This document shows, in pieces, positions 1 to 12,738 of a stretch of 35,675 bases of DNA (position 1 is its first letter; every line of letters begins with the position of its first letter). The notes below the pieces were generated by a model, which saw only the letters and a list, made by a program, of their open reading frames with translations, did no database searches and had not been told where the DNA came from. The DNA is from Phoronis australis (Eukaryota; Animalia; Phoronida), in contig NMRA01000590.1 of NCBI GenBank assembly GCA_002633005.1, positions 146,142 to 181,816 on the forward strand, given 5' to 3'. A program made the position numbers and the translations under genes.

Positions 1-164
1 CTCTTCCTTCCCCACACAGTACACTCTGATACTCTTCCTTCCCCACACAGTACACTCTGATACTCTTCCTTCCCCACACAGTACACTCTGATACTCTTGC
101 TTCCCCACACAATACACTCTGATTCTCTTCCTTCCCCACACAGTACACTCTGATTCTCTTCCTC
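1..164. repeat. 31-bp tandem minisatellite (CTCTTCCTTCCCCACACAGTACACTCTGATA), ~5.3 copies, runs off window start
   Basis: Units start at 1, 32, 63, 94 and 125 with 0-3 substitutions each. Confidence 0.95.
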
Positions 165-1972
165 CGCCATTAATGTTCTCTAACTGATGCAAGCTATTTG
201 ACTTTAGCTTCGTCATTCTGCTTTCTATTTTCATTTTCAACAGAAGTTCCTCCATGTTATCGGTTTTGAAACTGTTTTTACATTTTTTTTTGGAATCTTC
301 CAAACCCTTCCTCCGGTTTTTGAGGATACGTTATTACTACTTGCACAGGCTTTGGAGATAGACCGTTCAGTTGGACGTGCAGGTACCACCACAACAGGGG
401 ATGTCACTCAGTCAAAATGCTAACACAGGCTGTGTACATGGAGTAGATTCTGGATTTGTGTAAATATCTTCGCCCTATTAGTTACCAAGAGCATGTAAAC
501 TAGTCGGCCACCACAGTCGTTCACACTCTAGCAACTTATCAGCTTACAACAACGTCTACAACATCTTCAATTGAAGCTAAATTTTGAAAAAAGGTCAAAA
601 TGGGGATATTCAGTTGGATCCTTCGTTGAATGTTAGGTTGTCACAGAACCACCTTGGTGAAACCATTGTCCTTTGAACCTAAATAATTGGCCCGTCCCTG
701 CTGCCGAATAAAGGTCACACGAGGGTAGCTACCAATGTAAGTGTACATGTACTTTACGTTACTACACGCGTCTATGTTCATCTAGGTTAGATTAGTTGAT
801 TCCTACTTTAAACAAAATTGTGGTCTAGATCGAGTCATATGCATCCATTTGATTTCTTCAGTGACCATGATTTTTTATCTTATTTGGCTCACCTATGGTT
901 AACCATAATTCATGAAATGAAGTCGGTCAAAGCACCTGCACCTGGAGAATAATAAAATGGCCAATAGAGGCGCCACATTATCCGGAAATCGAGCGATCGC
1001 GGTGCATTATCGTCAAAAACTTATGCACAAACTTTTGGCAAATTCTTTGAGTTACCTAATGCTACAACTGTTTTCTTGTCGAAAATTAAAACAGCCAGCT
1101 GGGAATGCCACCGTAATTGAGTCCGTCCAAATATCCACTGGTGGCGGCTTATTCCCGCGATAGAGAATAAATTTTGTTATGATCTTGTAAGCGGTGGACG
1201 CAGGACGGACGCCAGTCAGACAGACGGAAGGGCCTGCGAGATCTTGGCTATATACGACCAAACCTTTATTATTGGAGCATAAAATTATGATTGTCCTTAT
1301 ATCCGAAGAAATGGTATGGTCTTATATTACCCCAAGCCATGGTTTCAGGATTGTGTCCACCATTTGAAAAAGATGTACATGTATACGTTATCTCTTAAAT
1401 TCAAATTCTCTTATTTCTGGCTCGGTTTATACATAATAAGCGTTAGAGAAACAGAATGTACAAAAGTTCTCCCATTCCTGAGAAACAAACCGGAACTATT
1501 ATCGAACAGTGAGACGAAATTCGAAAACTAAAGGAAAATGAAAAGTTGCAAAGTATTTTAATTACACCGCTACAGTGACTGAGGTACCGATTGTGGTAGA
1601 GATGCTAGAAATATAGAGAGAGCTGCGGCTACACATGTAAGGCGACGACGAACGTGTGAGAAATCAGATGCACAGGTTTACACGCGCGTATCAGTGGTGT
1701 TCCTCCTTTCGGCAACATGAGTGCACAGATGAAGTGAACACGACACTAACAAACTATGAAGTGTTTGGTTTGGCGCTCTCAGAACATGAATTCAACTTAC
1801 GGGACGCGCTCATATAGGGTACGTATTGAGCTTTCAAACAAAATATTTGAATAGATTTTTACGTCGGGCCAATTTTGAAGGACATTCTCGTTACAATTTG
1901 TGTACTTTAAATCAAAAAATAAACGCAAAAATAAAAAAATATAATTTTGATGAGACGTCACAAGTGCATCCG

Positions 1973-2226
1973 GGGCTCGTTCCAACAAAACTGACTTAGC
2001 TAAGACAAATCTTAATTTTTAGTAAATTTAAAGATAAAATTTAAATTTGTCTCGAGACTGTTTTAAGCAAGAGATCTTAAGTTTGAATTAAGTTTTTGAT
2101 AAAATGTCAATCTTAATTTCAACTATCTGACCGGATGTGGAATTTTCAAAGTATGAAAGTTAAGACAAATCTAAGACTTAAGTCAAAAATGAACTTAAAT
2201 GTATGTCAGTTTCTTGGAACGGGCCC
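1973..2226. mobile_element. PIF/Harbinger-like MITE
   Basis: TIRs GGGCTCGTTCCAACAAAACTGAC / GTCAGTTTCTTGGAACGGGCCC. 3-bp TSD CCG at 1970-1972 and 2227-2229. AT-rich interior with repeated CTTAAG/TAAGAC motifs. Superfamily inferred from G-rich termini and 3-bp TSD. Confidence 0.7.
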
Positions 2227-2434
2227 CCGGTCTCCGAAGTTGTGTTGTTCTACACCAGCCGCCAGCCGTAGTGGCCTTGAAAACTGAGTTCGGCTGAGTA
2301 TTATAAAAATTTGCATGTGTGGAAGGTGCAGTAATAACAATCGGACACTCAATATTTCAGTTTTTGCGTTTCCGAAAAAACCTAAGATCGCCCCACAGAT
2401 TTATTTATTAATTTATTATTGTGATATTTAAAAT

Positions 2435-2480
2435 GAGGGTGGCCTCTTCAGTGATAGCACTGCTTTCCAAGAGGGCCCTC
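2435..2480 (-). promoter_or_regulatory. 3'-terminal stem-loop of the CR1/L2-group LINE
   Basis: Nested inverted pairs GAGGG/CCCTC, CCTCTT/AAGAGG and CAGTG/CACTG with a 4-nt loop, just before the AATA tail. L2-type LINEs use such a stem-loop for RT recognition. Confidence 0.6.
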
Positions 2481-2703
2481 AACAAGAAAAACAGTAATAT
2501 AATACAATGAAGTAATAAAACAACAATGATACAATTAAAACAGGTAAGGTTGAGAATTAAGACAATAACTAAGTGACAAATAATGGTAAAATTTTAACTA
2601 AGACAGATGAAATAAATTAAGAGATGACTCTAGACAATGAGAGTATTTACGACAATGAAAAAATGACATGATTAAGACAGGCAGGTATAAAAGGTTAAGT
2701 AAA

Positions 2704-3418
2704 TTACAGCCACTTTTTAACATTAACTTTAAGGGTAGTAATTGAATTGGACCGTTTAATTTCTGGGCTAAAAGAATTCCATATTATAGCAGCTGCATAG
2801 ATAAAAGATCTCTTGCCCGTCTCGGTTTTAATTTTTTTAGAAGAAACATTGCCAGCAACAGAATAACGTGTAGAATAAAGAGCCTGGCTGCTATTGAATT
2901 TATTGCTGAGATATGCTGGAGCCAAGCCATTGGTACATCTGTATATACAACAGGCAGAGAGATATTTATTTCTTTGTCTTATTTTCATGAATCCCAGCTT
3001 GGAATACAAGTCGTCAACCCTAGTGTCCCTAATTTTAGTACCCAGGATAGCCATACGGCTCTATTTCGGATTACTTGGACTTTGTTTACAAGTGTGTCAC
3101 TAATGTGCCCCCAAACCGGTAAACAATAATCAATATGAGGCTGAATAATAGAATGGTAAAGGTTCTTAAGAGTACGGACATTAAGAAATTTGCCTAGACG
3201 TTTAAGTACACCGATTTTCTTTGATAATGTCTTTGTGATATGATCTATGTACATATTAAATTTAAGATTGGGATCTAAAGTAAGGCCCAAGTACTTAAAC
3301 TTGTCAACATTCTCGATGGGAGAACCGTTGATAAAAAGGGATAGTTTTTGTTGTTTTAATTTCTGGTGGGTTCCAAACAGCATCGACTTGGCTCTACTAA
3401 CGTTAAGAGTGAGTTTAT
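2704..3418 (-). pseudogene. CR1/L2-group ORF2, C-terminal part (RT thumb and C-terminus), frameshifted
   Basis: ORFs 2985-3497 (NKLTLNVSRAKSMLFG...KYLGLTLD...HIDYCLPVWG) and 2704-3054 (GLAPAYLS...GKRSFIYAAAIIWNS). Confidence 0.9.
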
Positions 3419-3552
3419 CACTCACTATGGTTATGGTTATGAGTGACGTCATGATGGCGGGAAGGTCGAATTTCTGACACTCCCGAAGTCTCCCCAATAA
3501 TTATGCAGAAATATCTAAACTGACGGGATAAACGTCTTCAGATCAGCTACAC

Positions 3553-4391
3553 ATGAGTGGTAAAACTAAGGAGAATACAAAACAAGGTAGGAAACGTGTG
3601 CCTAGTAAGGACACTGAGGACCTTCGAAAGTCATCTTGTTTAAAATCACTGAAGCAGCCTACCATGGAAGCCATTTTGACCAAGGAAAAGCAGGTCAACG
3701 ACAAAGCGTCAAAGCTTTCACTGAAAGATGACCTCAAGGAAGCCCTGATGGACGGTGAAATCCAATCTATGTTAAGAGGTCTACTGAAACCTTTAATAGA
3801 GGATATGAGGGATGAGATTTACAAGGCTTTGGAGTTGGAATACGGCAAAAAGCTGGAAGAAAAGGACAAAAAATAAAATCCCTGGAAAACCAACTTTCGG
3901 AATTCAAAGAAGTGTTTGAGCGACGAGCACAAAAACATGAGAATGAAATGGACGAACTTCAACAGTACAGCCGGCGAACCTGCTTGATTGTTAATGGGGT
4001 AACAGAAACTGACGGAGAAAACACCGACGATATTGCGATCTCGCTTACGCAAAAAATGGGAGCCTCAACCCAAAAGTCGGACATTAGTCGCAGCCACCGA
4101 CTTGGTAGAAAAGATTCACCCTCTACCAATAAGCGTCCCATAATTGTGAAATTTGTATCCTACAATGCTCGGTCTGACTTCATGAAAAAGAAGAAAAATC
4201 TAAAAGATGTCGCAAGCAGAGTTTTTGTAAACGAGAACTTGACCAAACGCAGAGCACAGCTGTTCAAAGCCTGCAGAGACCTGGGTGCCAAGGTGCAGGG
4301 TTGCTGGACATTCGACGGCCGTGTATACTACAAAGAATGGGGTGGAGTTATAAAGCAAGTAAATAGTCTACAGGATTTGTCAGGAATTTAA
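3553..4391 (+). pseudogene. L1-type ORF1 (coiled coil + RRM + CTD), one frameshift near 3870
   Basis: ORFs 3553-3876 and 3912-4391 join across an A-run. Motifs LQQYSRRTCLIVNGV, RSHRLG, RPIIVKF, FVNENLT and WTFDGRV are typical of L1/Tx1 ORF1p. Confidence 0.88.
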
Positions 4392-5401
4392 ATAACAAGC
4401 GATAGGTGTAAGTAGACTCGTGCTACTCCACTGTGACGCATATCGTGAGTAGTACACTAGTAACATTAGTTTCAGAATTTATATGTCCCTCTGCCTCTCT
4501 GAGAGTGTTGTGTAAAGCGTTGGGTGTAACCCCCTTTGTTTACTTCCTGTACACCTGTATTTTATGTACAATCATGGTGGTACATGTATGGGTGGTTGAA
4601 GCATGTGTTGCGCTGATCCCCTTTGAGATCACCTAGTGACGTTTGGTGCGGTCGGTTACTAGTGGCTCATTATTTCTGGAGTCTCTTCTCTCTCTTCTAT
4701 TGTGACGGATGAGACCACTTGCTGAGAGTGCGAGACGTACGTTCTGAGTGTAACAGAGCCCAGCAGGAGCGTAGGAAAATCAACATGTGATTATTCGACT
4801 ACTTTGTATAGTTTCCTAGCATGTCTTTCTCACTTTGTGTTTAGTCTGAACGACTAAATCTTCACTTAGTGACCGTGGCTTGGACTCACCGTGTAGCATG
4901 AATCCCGTTGGGTACTTATATACTACAGTCCGAAGTAGTCGTGATTGTCCTTTGCTGGCATTATGTGTAGATAACCCTTGATATGTTTTGTGTTGTGGAT
5001 CGTGCTGCAGGCTGAGATTGAGTCATTGAAATGTGATCGTATCCTTTTGGAGTCTCAGGTAGGGGAACTGGCCAGTGTTACGTCATGAGTGTTTATATAG
5101 TTTTATACAATTTTATTATATGTGCACATGTGCATATATTGGCAACAAATATTGCCACTGCATTTGACTTACACATGATCTTTTTTCTTTCATTATTTTC
5201 TCTCATGGTTGTTGGTGTCGGTACAGTGATTTCATTTACTCAGGTTTTTGTTAAGGAAATAAGCACGGCTCAGTATAAACTGGATTGTGATTGTGTGTGT
5301 GTGAATGTTTACCCGGTCCCACCTGCCTACCCGTTAAGCTTTTGTAATACTTTATGTGATCTCAAAATTTCCATTGTAAAAGTAGTTTCTACTTTTCTAC
5401 A

Positions 5402-8400
5402 ATGATTAGAATTAATATCTTTTCAGTTAATTGCCAGGGTTAAGGAACCCCAGAAAAAAGAAGAGATGTCTTTAATTACATAAAAAGTAAAGCATTTAAT
5501 ATATATTGTCTACAAGACACTCACTTTGCTTTTGATTTGGAATCGTACATTGAATCTCAGTGGGGTTATACTTGTTATTTCAGCTCTTACAAGACTAATT
5601 CAAGAGGAGTAGCTATTCTATTTAATAATAACTTTGAGTTCACTGTTCAAAATGTGAGAAAGGATCCTACGGGAAATTATGTTATTATAGAACTAATTAT
5701 GGATGGAGAGCGGATCATCCTTGTAAATTTGTACGGTCCAAATACTGATAATCCGAATTTTTATAGTAATATATTTTCAATAATTGAAGAAATGAATGCC
5801 GATAAATTTATTTTATGTGGAGCTTTTAATTTATTTCTGAGTCAAGAACTGGATACTTGCAATTATAGATCTTGCAATAATCCAAACGCTACAAAATTTC
5901 TTAAGGGAGTAATTAATACGTTTGATGTCTGTCATCCCTTTCGAGAATTTTTTCCGTCAAAGAGAAGATTCACTTGGCGAAGAAAAAATCCAATTAAGCT
6001 GGCTAGGCTTGACTTTTTTGGTTTCCAAAACTTTGATGCATTGTGTCGAAAAAAATTCTATAGCTCCAAGTTATAGATCAGATCATTCTGGGGTCTTGTT
6101 AAGCCTAAAATTTAGAGAAATTATTAGAGGTAAAGGACTCTGGAAATTTAACAATTCACTCTTGAATGACAGGGAATATGTAGACATCGTTCAAAATACA
6201 ATAACTGATGTTAAAAAGCATATGCCGTCCCGGTAACCATTTAGACAAACTTCAAAATATTTCGAACAGTTTGATTCAGTTTGTTATAAATGATCAACTA
6301 TTTTTGGATGTGCTGTTAATGGAAATAAGAAAAAATACTATTTTTTACTCGATTCAAAAAAGAAAAAAATTAGATAATCAAGAGAATAAGTTAGAGAAGG
6401 AAATAGAGAATTTAGAACAATGTGTTGATGATAGAACTTTTCAAGATTTGGAAAGGAAAAAGAGTGCTCTTCTAGAGATAAGGTCAGAGAAATTTAAAGG
6501 GTATTACGTCAGATCCAGGGCAAAATGGATAGAGGACGGGGAACGCCCAACAAAATATTTTTGTAGCTTAGAATCGAGACATTTTTATAACAAACTTATG
6601 TATGAAATAGAATTGGAAAAAGGAGAAATAATTACAAATCAAGAAAAGATACTAGACGTGGCCGCGAATTTTTACGAAAAACTTTATTCTGACAACAGTT
6701 CTATTGAAAAAAAGTAAAATAGAGAATCTTATTGTTTCAAATAAGCTTCCAGATAATTTAGCTATGGAGCTTGAGGGACACATAACATATGATGAACTCT
6801 GGACTGTATTGAAAAATTCAAAAAATGAAAAAAGCCCCGGGTCAGATGGTTTCAAAAATGAATCCTTCAAGTTTTTCTGGAAAGATTTAGACTATTTGGT
6901 TTTAAGACACATACATGAAAGCTATGAAAAAAGTGAATTGTCAAACACACAAAAAACTGGGGTCCTAACTTTAATTCCAAAGCCAGATAAGGCTAAAAAA
7001 TTCATAAAAAACTGGAGACCAATAACTGCTCAACAGTGTTTACAAGTTGGCATCCGGATGCATTGCTAGACGAATAAAAAGGTACTTGGATATATAATTT
7101 CCCCGCATCAGTCGGGATTTATAAAAGGGAGATGTATGGGTGAAAACATAAGATTGACCTATGATATTATGAGTTTCTGTGAAAAAAATGGTATACCAGG
7201 GCTGTTATTACAAATAGATTTTGAAAAAGCTTTTGATAGCTTGCCATGGAACTTCATAAATAATGTTTTGGATATTTATAATTTCAAGGCCTCAATTAAG
7301 CGTTGGATTAAAACCTTTTATAATTGTCCCGTGTCATACATTGTTCAAAACGGTTTCCTGTCCAGAAGTTTTACTATGCACAGGGGCTGTAGACAAGGTG
7401 ATCCTCTTTCTCCGTATGTTTTTATATTATGTGCTGAAATATTAGCTATGATGACGAAACAAGATAGGGAAATTAAAGGCATTCAAATAGGAAATGAGGA
7501 ATTTATACTTACTCAGTATGCTGATGAAACAACGTTTTTCTTAGATGGTTCAAGGCGTAGTTTGGAAGCTATTATGGAAGTTTTGAGTAGATATGCAGAT
7601 ACGTCTGGTTTGAGAGTAATTTTCTCCAAAACTAATGTTATTTGGTTGGGCAGTAAAAAATTTTGCAAGGATGTTTTCCATCACGCAAGATGAAAGTTGG
7701 AATGGGGCATGACGGAATTTAAGCTGCTAGGTATCAAGTTTAGTGTTAACCTAGAAAAAATGATTGACATCAACTACAATGAGAGGAATGATGAAATCAA
7801 TAATCTTATCAAAATTTGGTCTAGAAGAAAAACCTCCTTTTTTGGGAAAGTTACGGTGGTGAAGACCTTGATGGTGCCAAAAATTATTCACATTATGACA
7901 ACCCTGCCTACTCCATCAGACATTATTATGAATGAATTGAATGCAAGCATTTTTAAGTTTATTTGGAATAACAAAGTTGAGAGAGTGAAGAGAGATGTGT
8001 TAATCAAAACTTATGAGGAAGGGGGAGTTAAAATGTTGAATATTATTCTTTTTAACAAGGCTATAAAATTTCATGTATAAAGAGATTACTTAATTCTGAA
8101 TCAAAATGGGTGAAATTGTTTGAACTTGAAACAGGGTTGCAAAGTCAAATATTATAAATTTTGGAAATGTTTTTATTAAATACCATACTGAAGTAATCAA
8201 TCCTTTTTGGAACGAAGTTCTAAGTAACTGGTCTTTTTTCATTATTAAACATCCCCATAAAGATGCGAACGATTTACTCTCAACAAGTTTATGGCATAAC
8301 GTTGAAATACTAATAGACAGAAAATCTATCTTCTTTAGCAAGTATGCTAGTGGTGATGTTCTTTTTATTAATGACCTTCTTGATGAAAATAACAGTTTTT

Positions 8401-9134
8401 ACTCATTTACTGAATTCAAAAAGATCTCGAACATATCTACAAACAGGAGAACACCATTACAAATGCAGTTAATTAAGATATATGGACCAATAATACCTTT
8501 TAATATCCGTAATTTTTTAAACTGCACATCAATATGTAAAATGATGTATGAAAGTGTCTGCCACAGAAACATTTTGCCTATTGCCCAAAAAAAAATTCAA
8601 AAAGAAGGTTATAACTTTCGAAGTAATGACTGGAAAAAATTATATTCAATGTCTTTTAAAACTACTTATGATTTCAAGTTATGTACACTGCAGTTTAAAC
8701 TATTACATAGAATACTTGTAACCAACTGTTTTCTTAGAAAAATTAACCTGGTGGACTCTGATGTATGTACTTTCTGTCATTCACAAAGTGAAACAGTGGA
8801 TCACATCTTTTTCAAATGCAATAATATAAAAACATTGATAGAAGAATTACGCATTTGGGTGTTGTTGGTAAAAGGTATAAATATGGTTATTGACAAAAAA
8901 CAATGTTTTTGGGATGCCCATAAGTAATGAAAATAAAGTTTCAAACTGGATACTTTTGCAATTAAAACATTTTATTTACCTATCCAGGTGTAAAAAATAA
9001 TCCCCAGTTTCTGTCAGTTCCTTAAGATATTAGAAAGAGAATTTTATATTCAAAGAAGGATTCTATTAAATAATGGTAATTTAGATGAATACCATGCAAC
9101 CTGGAGAAACTGGTTAACCATAACTTTTGCCTGA
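5402..9134 (+). pseudogene. L1/Tx1 ORF2 (APE endonuclease + RT + zf-RVT), many frameshifts and stops
   Basis: Starts MIRINIFSVNCQG. Contains CLQDTH, NLYGPN, ARLDF, SDHS, WKFNNSLL, KSPGSDG, NWRPI, DFEKAFD, GCRQGDPLSP, QYADE (YADD mutated) and CTFC..ETVDHIFFKC. Ends WRNWLTITFA* at 9134. Confidence 0.93.
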
Positions 9135-10199
9135 CAACATCCTACTAACAGTAACTTGGGGGGCGGGTGCGTGTGGCGTGTATGTTAAGGGTGAGAATGG
9201 CTTGATTTTTTTCTTACATATCTGTATTTCTGTTCTGTATACCAAATTGTGATACTTGACGATAATTTGTTGCAACTAATGTACATGTACAGCACACATC
9301 ACGAATTTTTGGCCGACCGGTCGGAAATTGGTCGACGACCGGCCGTCGACCGGTCGTCTAGCCGACCAGCAGCCGACTAACAACGGTCGGCTAGGAGCCG
9401 TCTACTGAGTCGCCTCTGTGGTCGGCACTTGGGTCGGCTAAGTGGTCGCCTAGCGTAGACGACCAATTCGGATTAAGCGTGTCCTTGGTCGGCAATTACC
9501 ATTTTATGACTTAACGGGTGAACTTTGGCCAAACAAACATTTTACTGTTCGCTGTTCGTTCACCACTGGCAACTCAGGTCTTGACATCGGTTTATAAAGT
9601 TTTGTTCAACTATTGAAAGGAAATAAAATCGAATCAACCTACAAATACGAAGTGCGTGACATTACACCAGCCTAAAACTTTATGTTGAATTAATGACGGC
9701 GTGGTAAAATCAAACGTTAAGTGATATCGCGGAAGCATAATTTCTAAATTTAGATATGAGACTTTTTATACAGTACATTTTGCACAAAAACAAGCACGAA
9801 ATTTGAAATTTACAGTAAAATTGCATAACAATCAGAATACAACACTCAATACACGACCTCAAGTGTTTTCATGCAGCGGAATGCTCAACAAGCATCACGC
9901 ATTTGCGCTCATCCGTTATTGCTCTTGATGATCACTTCATCACGCTGTATATTGCGATTTACCACAGATAATTATTGCTTATTTCTGTATAATTTCTTAA
10001 TATGTTGGTACAGCAATAGAACCCAATTTTATTTTAGAAACAACATAAACAATGGTTTGAACATAGCGCCGATATTAAATCATGGGCGCATGAAAACGGA
10101 AGACTGATCGGTTTATAGTGTCATCCATCATCCATCATCATTCAGAAATTGTTGTCACTTTCGCAGTAAAACATCTTTTCGAAACTAGAGCCTTCCTAT

Positions 10200-12483
10200 G
10201 TAGCCAGCTAGTTGCATGAAGACTATTTTCAAAATACAGCAAGGTGCCACTGCTTATTGAGACCAAACAGACCTCGATACTTCACACAGCCCGGATAGTT
10301 ACGTTTGTCACCTCGTCGAAAAACTTGTATCAACATGAGCTCAAGACTGGCGGGTGTGCATGCAAAATCTGGAAGTCAATTGGCATTCAAGTTGCCCGTT
10401 ACGGCCGTTTAAGTGAGAAACATCCGACGTCATCTTCTTGCGTAATTCTCTGCCTTTTTAACGAAAAAACGTATATCGTCGTTTTGAAAAAAGTTCATTG
10501 TGACACGCGCCACTTCCAAAATGTTTTCAACATCTCCCATTAGATGATGAACACATCTCAGCAAAATTTGTTCTAAAATTCGGTTCACTGATATCAAAAT
10601 TCCAAAAACATATAATGAAGTGAAACCAATTCTGATCATTTGTTGTGACGTTTACGTAACCTCGAGGGAGAACGTTTGATTGAAGAATCTGGGAAAAAGA
10701 AACTGGCTAAAAGGTGACGCAATATTTCATTGGGGCGAAAGTCGACGCATAAGATCACAACATAACTTTAGCAGCAGAATAATTGTAGAAAACCATTTTT
10801 TGCAACGCTGGTAAATAATTTAGTTTACTCTAGGAAGATTTTATTCGGTCAGTTTTTACCCACAATGGCGCAAATTTGTATATTTAATTTAGTAAACAGC
10901 TTCGCACCAAGGCTACAGCCTTCCGAGCCCTTTCGCGTAAGAACACAATACTTGGCGTTTCGCGTATACTCCAAGGGGTAAAACTTTGAAAATAATATTT
11001 TCGGGGTAACCTGGTACATGTAATCCTAAAAAAAGTAGTCTGTGTTTTCATGTAGAGCGTAAAATGATTAACCCATTGATTCAAAAAGAACACTCTCGCA
11101 AACGAAAACGCACACAATTTTCAGCTATATTACACTGGTTAAAAAACAACTTCTATAAGTTTATTGCATCGGATTCTAGTGATCACAGGGCAAGTCAAAA
11201 CTCTTAAAGGGGCGCAATTTCAAACCTTTGGCATGAATCAGTGATATAAAAATGGAAATACATGTAGACCGACTTTAGTTCATCAGCAATCTAGACACAA
11301 CAGTTACAGACACTCACTGCGTTTGTTAACGTCTTGTGGCAATGATAAAAATAATTTTTTCTACTATGATTGATAACAAGTTTTACTCTGATGAGGTATG
11401 ATGCAATATGCACGTCTGATATGCAGAGTCAGCAGTTGCAAAAATATTTACTGGGTTTAATGAATCCGTTTGTTATGAACCACTGCAAAAGTATAATTAC
11501 TAATTGTACATTCGAAGCACGCCTCATTAGAATAAAAACATACACATGCTTGATGATCCTGGGAGTACCTCTTTTACAGGCATGAATGAAGATATATAGT
11601 TGTTAAGCCATAGAGGATAATAAAGCTTAGATAATATCACACTGAGCCTTGTACACCAGGCATATACAAAGGATACAGTATTTCAAAAGAAGCCTCAACT
11701 ACTCATTTTTCATAGTCAAAACTACTCATTTTTCATAGTATTACTAAATCACGAACACCTAGATTTATATTAGAAGTTACATAGTACGATGCTACACAAC
11801 CTGCTCTCCCCCCATTTATGGGAGGCCTAATTTGAAACATTTAACGACATATCTTTTCTATGCATGATTAAAACCAAGCAAAACATGCAAACTCTCCAGG
11901 ACCAAAAATAAATATCTCAAAACCAGACATTTTACTTAAGCAGGAATTAAAACAATCCAATACATTGAGATTGTTTTCACACAGAAGACCAAAGAGCAAA
12001 TAAAGACCAAATTCACCACGTCAAGACTGAAAATTTATCACATCAGCACCTATAATTTATCAAGTGAGGACCAAAAATTCTTCACTTCAGGATCAAAATA
12101 AAATACGACCGAACTGAAAATTTAATAAGTCAGGTTCAAAAACTTACCATGTCAGTAACTTTCACGCCAGAACACCACGTCACCATCCCCAAGCATTGAT
12201 CTTTCAAAGTGATACTGTCCGTACTATACTAAACAAGGGCTATATATTCAACCTCTCGCCGACAACAGATATATTATCTTCGAAATGCGGTTGAATTTCT
12301 TTCGTCTAATCCACGTTTTACAATAGATGCCAATGTATAGGTACACACTGGATTGTCATCATTGCATAATGGGTGATCACGTAGTCTCCGGGCATGAAAA
12401 CAATTCTCTCCGGGCGTGATAAGTTTTCTAACGCAATAAATCCTGGTTGCCAATTGTTTTTGATTCTACAGAGATTTCAATTC
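10200..12483 (-). pseudogene. Putative second, intron-containing gene of unknown function inside the Tc1-like element (exons 12148-12483, 11318-11482, 10864-11025, and from 10688 downward)
   Basis: Four pyrimidine-rich AG acceptors and three donors (GTAAGT, GTGAGT, GTGGGT), all phase 0. Exon lengths 336, 165 and 162 bp are multiples of 3 and contain 3, 1 and 0 stops. The fourth exon is open for 53 codons; its end is not defined. Confidence 0.5.
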
Positions 12484-12559
12484 CTGAATAGAAAATGTGT
12501 GTTCTGGATTTTTCCGCTTCAGCTTTCCATTCAGGTAACTAGTGCACAGCACAGTGTTT

Positions 12560-12738
12560 TTACTATCCCGTGCGGCTCCACTGCAACGAATCACTTCTGG
12601 TACAATCTTTCGTAAACGACGTTCGTATTTTGCACATTTCTTCGGGGTAACAGTTTTCCAAGAGCTATATATTCATTGGACAAGTTTCTGTTTGGTAATC
12701 GGTTTTATTTTCTGTCTCAGGTAGTCCTTGAGCTCATG
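12560..12738 (-). pseudogene. Tc1/IS630-type (DDE_3) transposase C-terminal relic
   Basis: Manual translation HELKDYLRQKIKPITKQKLVQ*IYSSWKTVTPKKCAKYERRLRKIVPEVIRCSGAA(TG) fits the post-catalytic-E pattern WHELK..R..KP..K..L...I..FW.....C..Y...L.K..P.VI...G.ATGY. Not in the supplied ORF track. Upstream domains are barely recognisable. Confidence 0.75.

Noticed and set aside
860-1275. ORFs 957-1163 and 1052-1261 as genes
   Set aside because: No recognisable domain. The GTCC/GTCT-type repeats suggest a non-coding interspersed repeat.
11697-11739. 20-bp direct repeat AACTACTCATTTTTCATAGT (23-bp period)
   Set aside because: Simple local duplication within a putative intron, with nothing inserted between the copies.
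9500-12500. Fanzor/TnpB or His-Cys homing endonuclease as the cargo of the Tc1-like element
   Set aside because: I found no RuvC motifs (DPG, RDxNAAxN) in the frames read. DVSHLNGR near 10410 resembles SHLC but lacks the Cys and His spacing. Not excluded without an HMM search.
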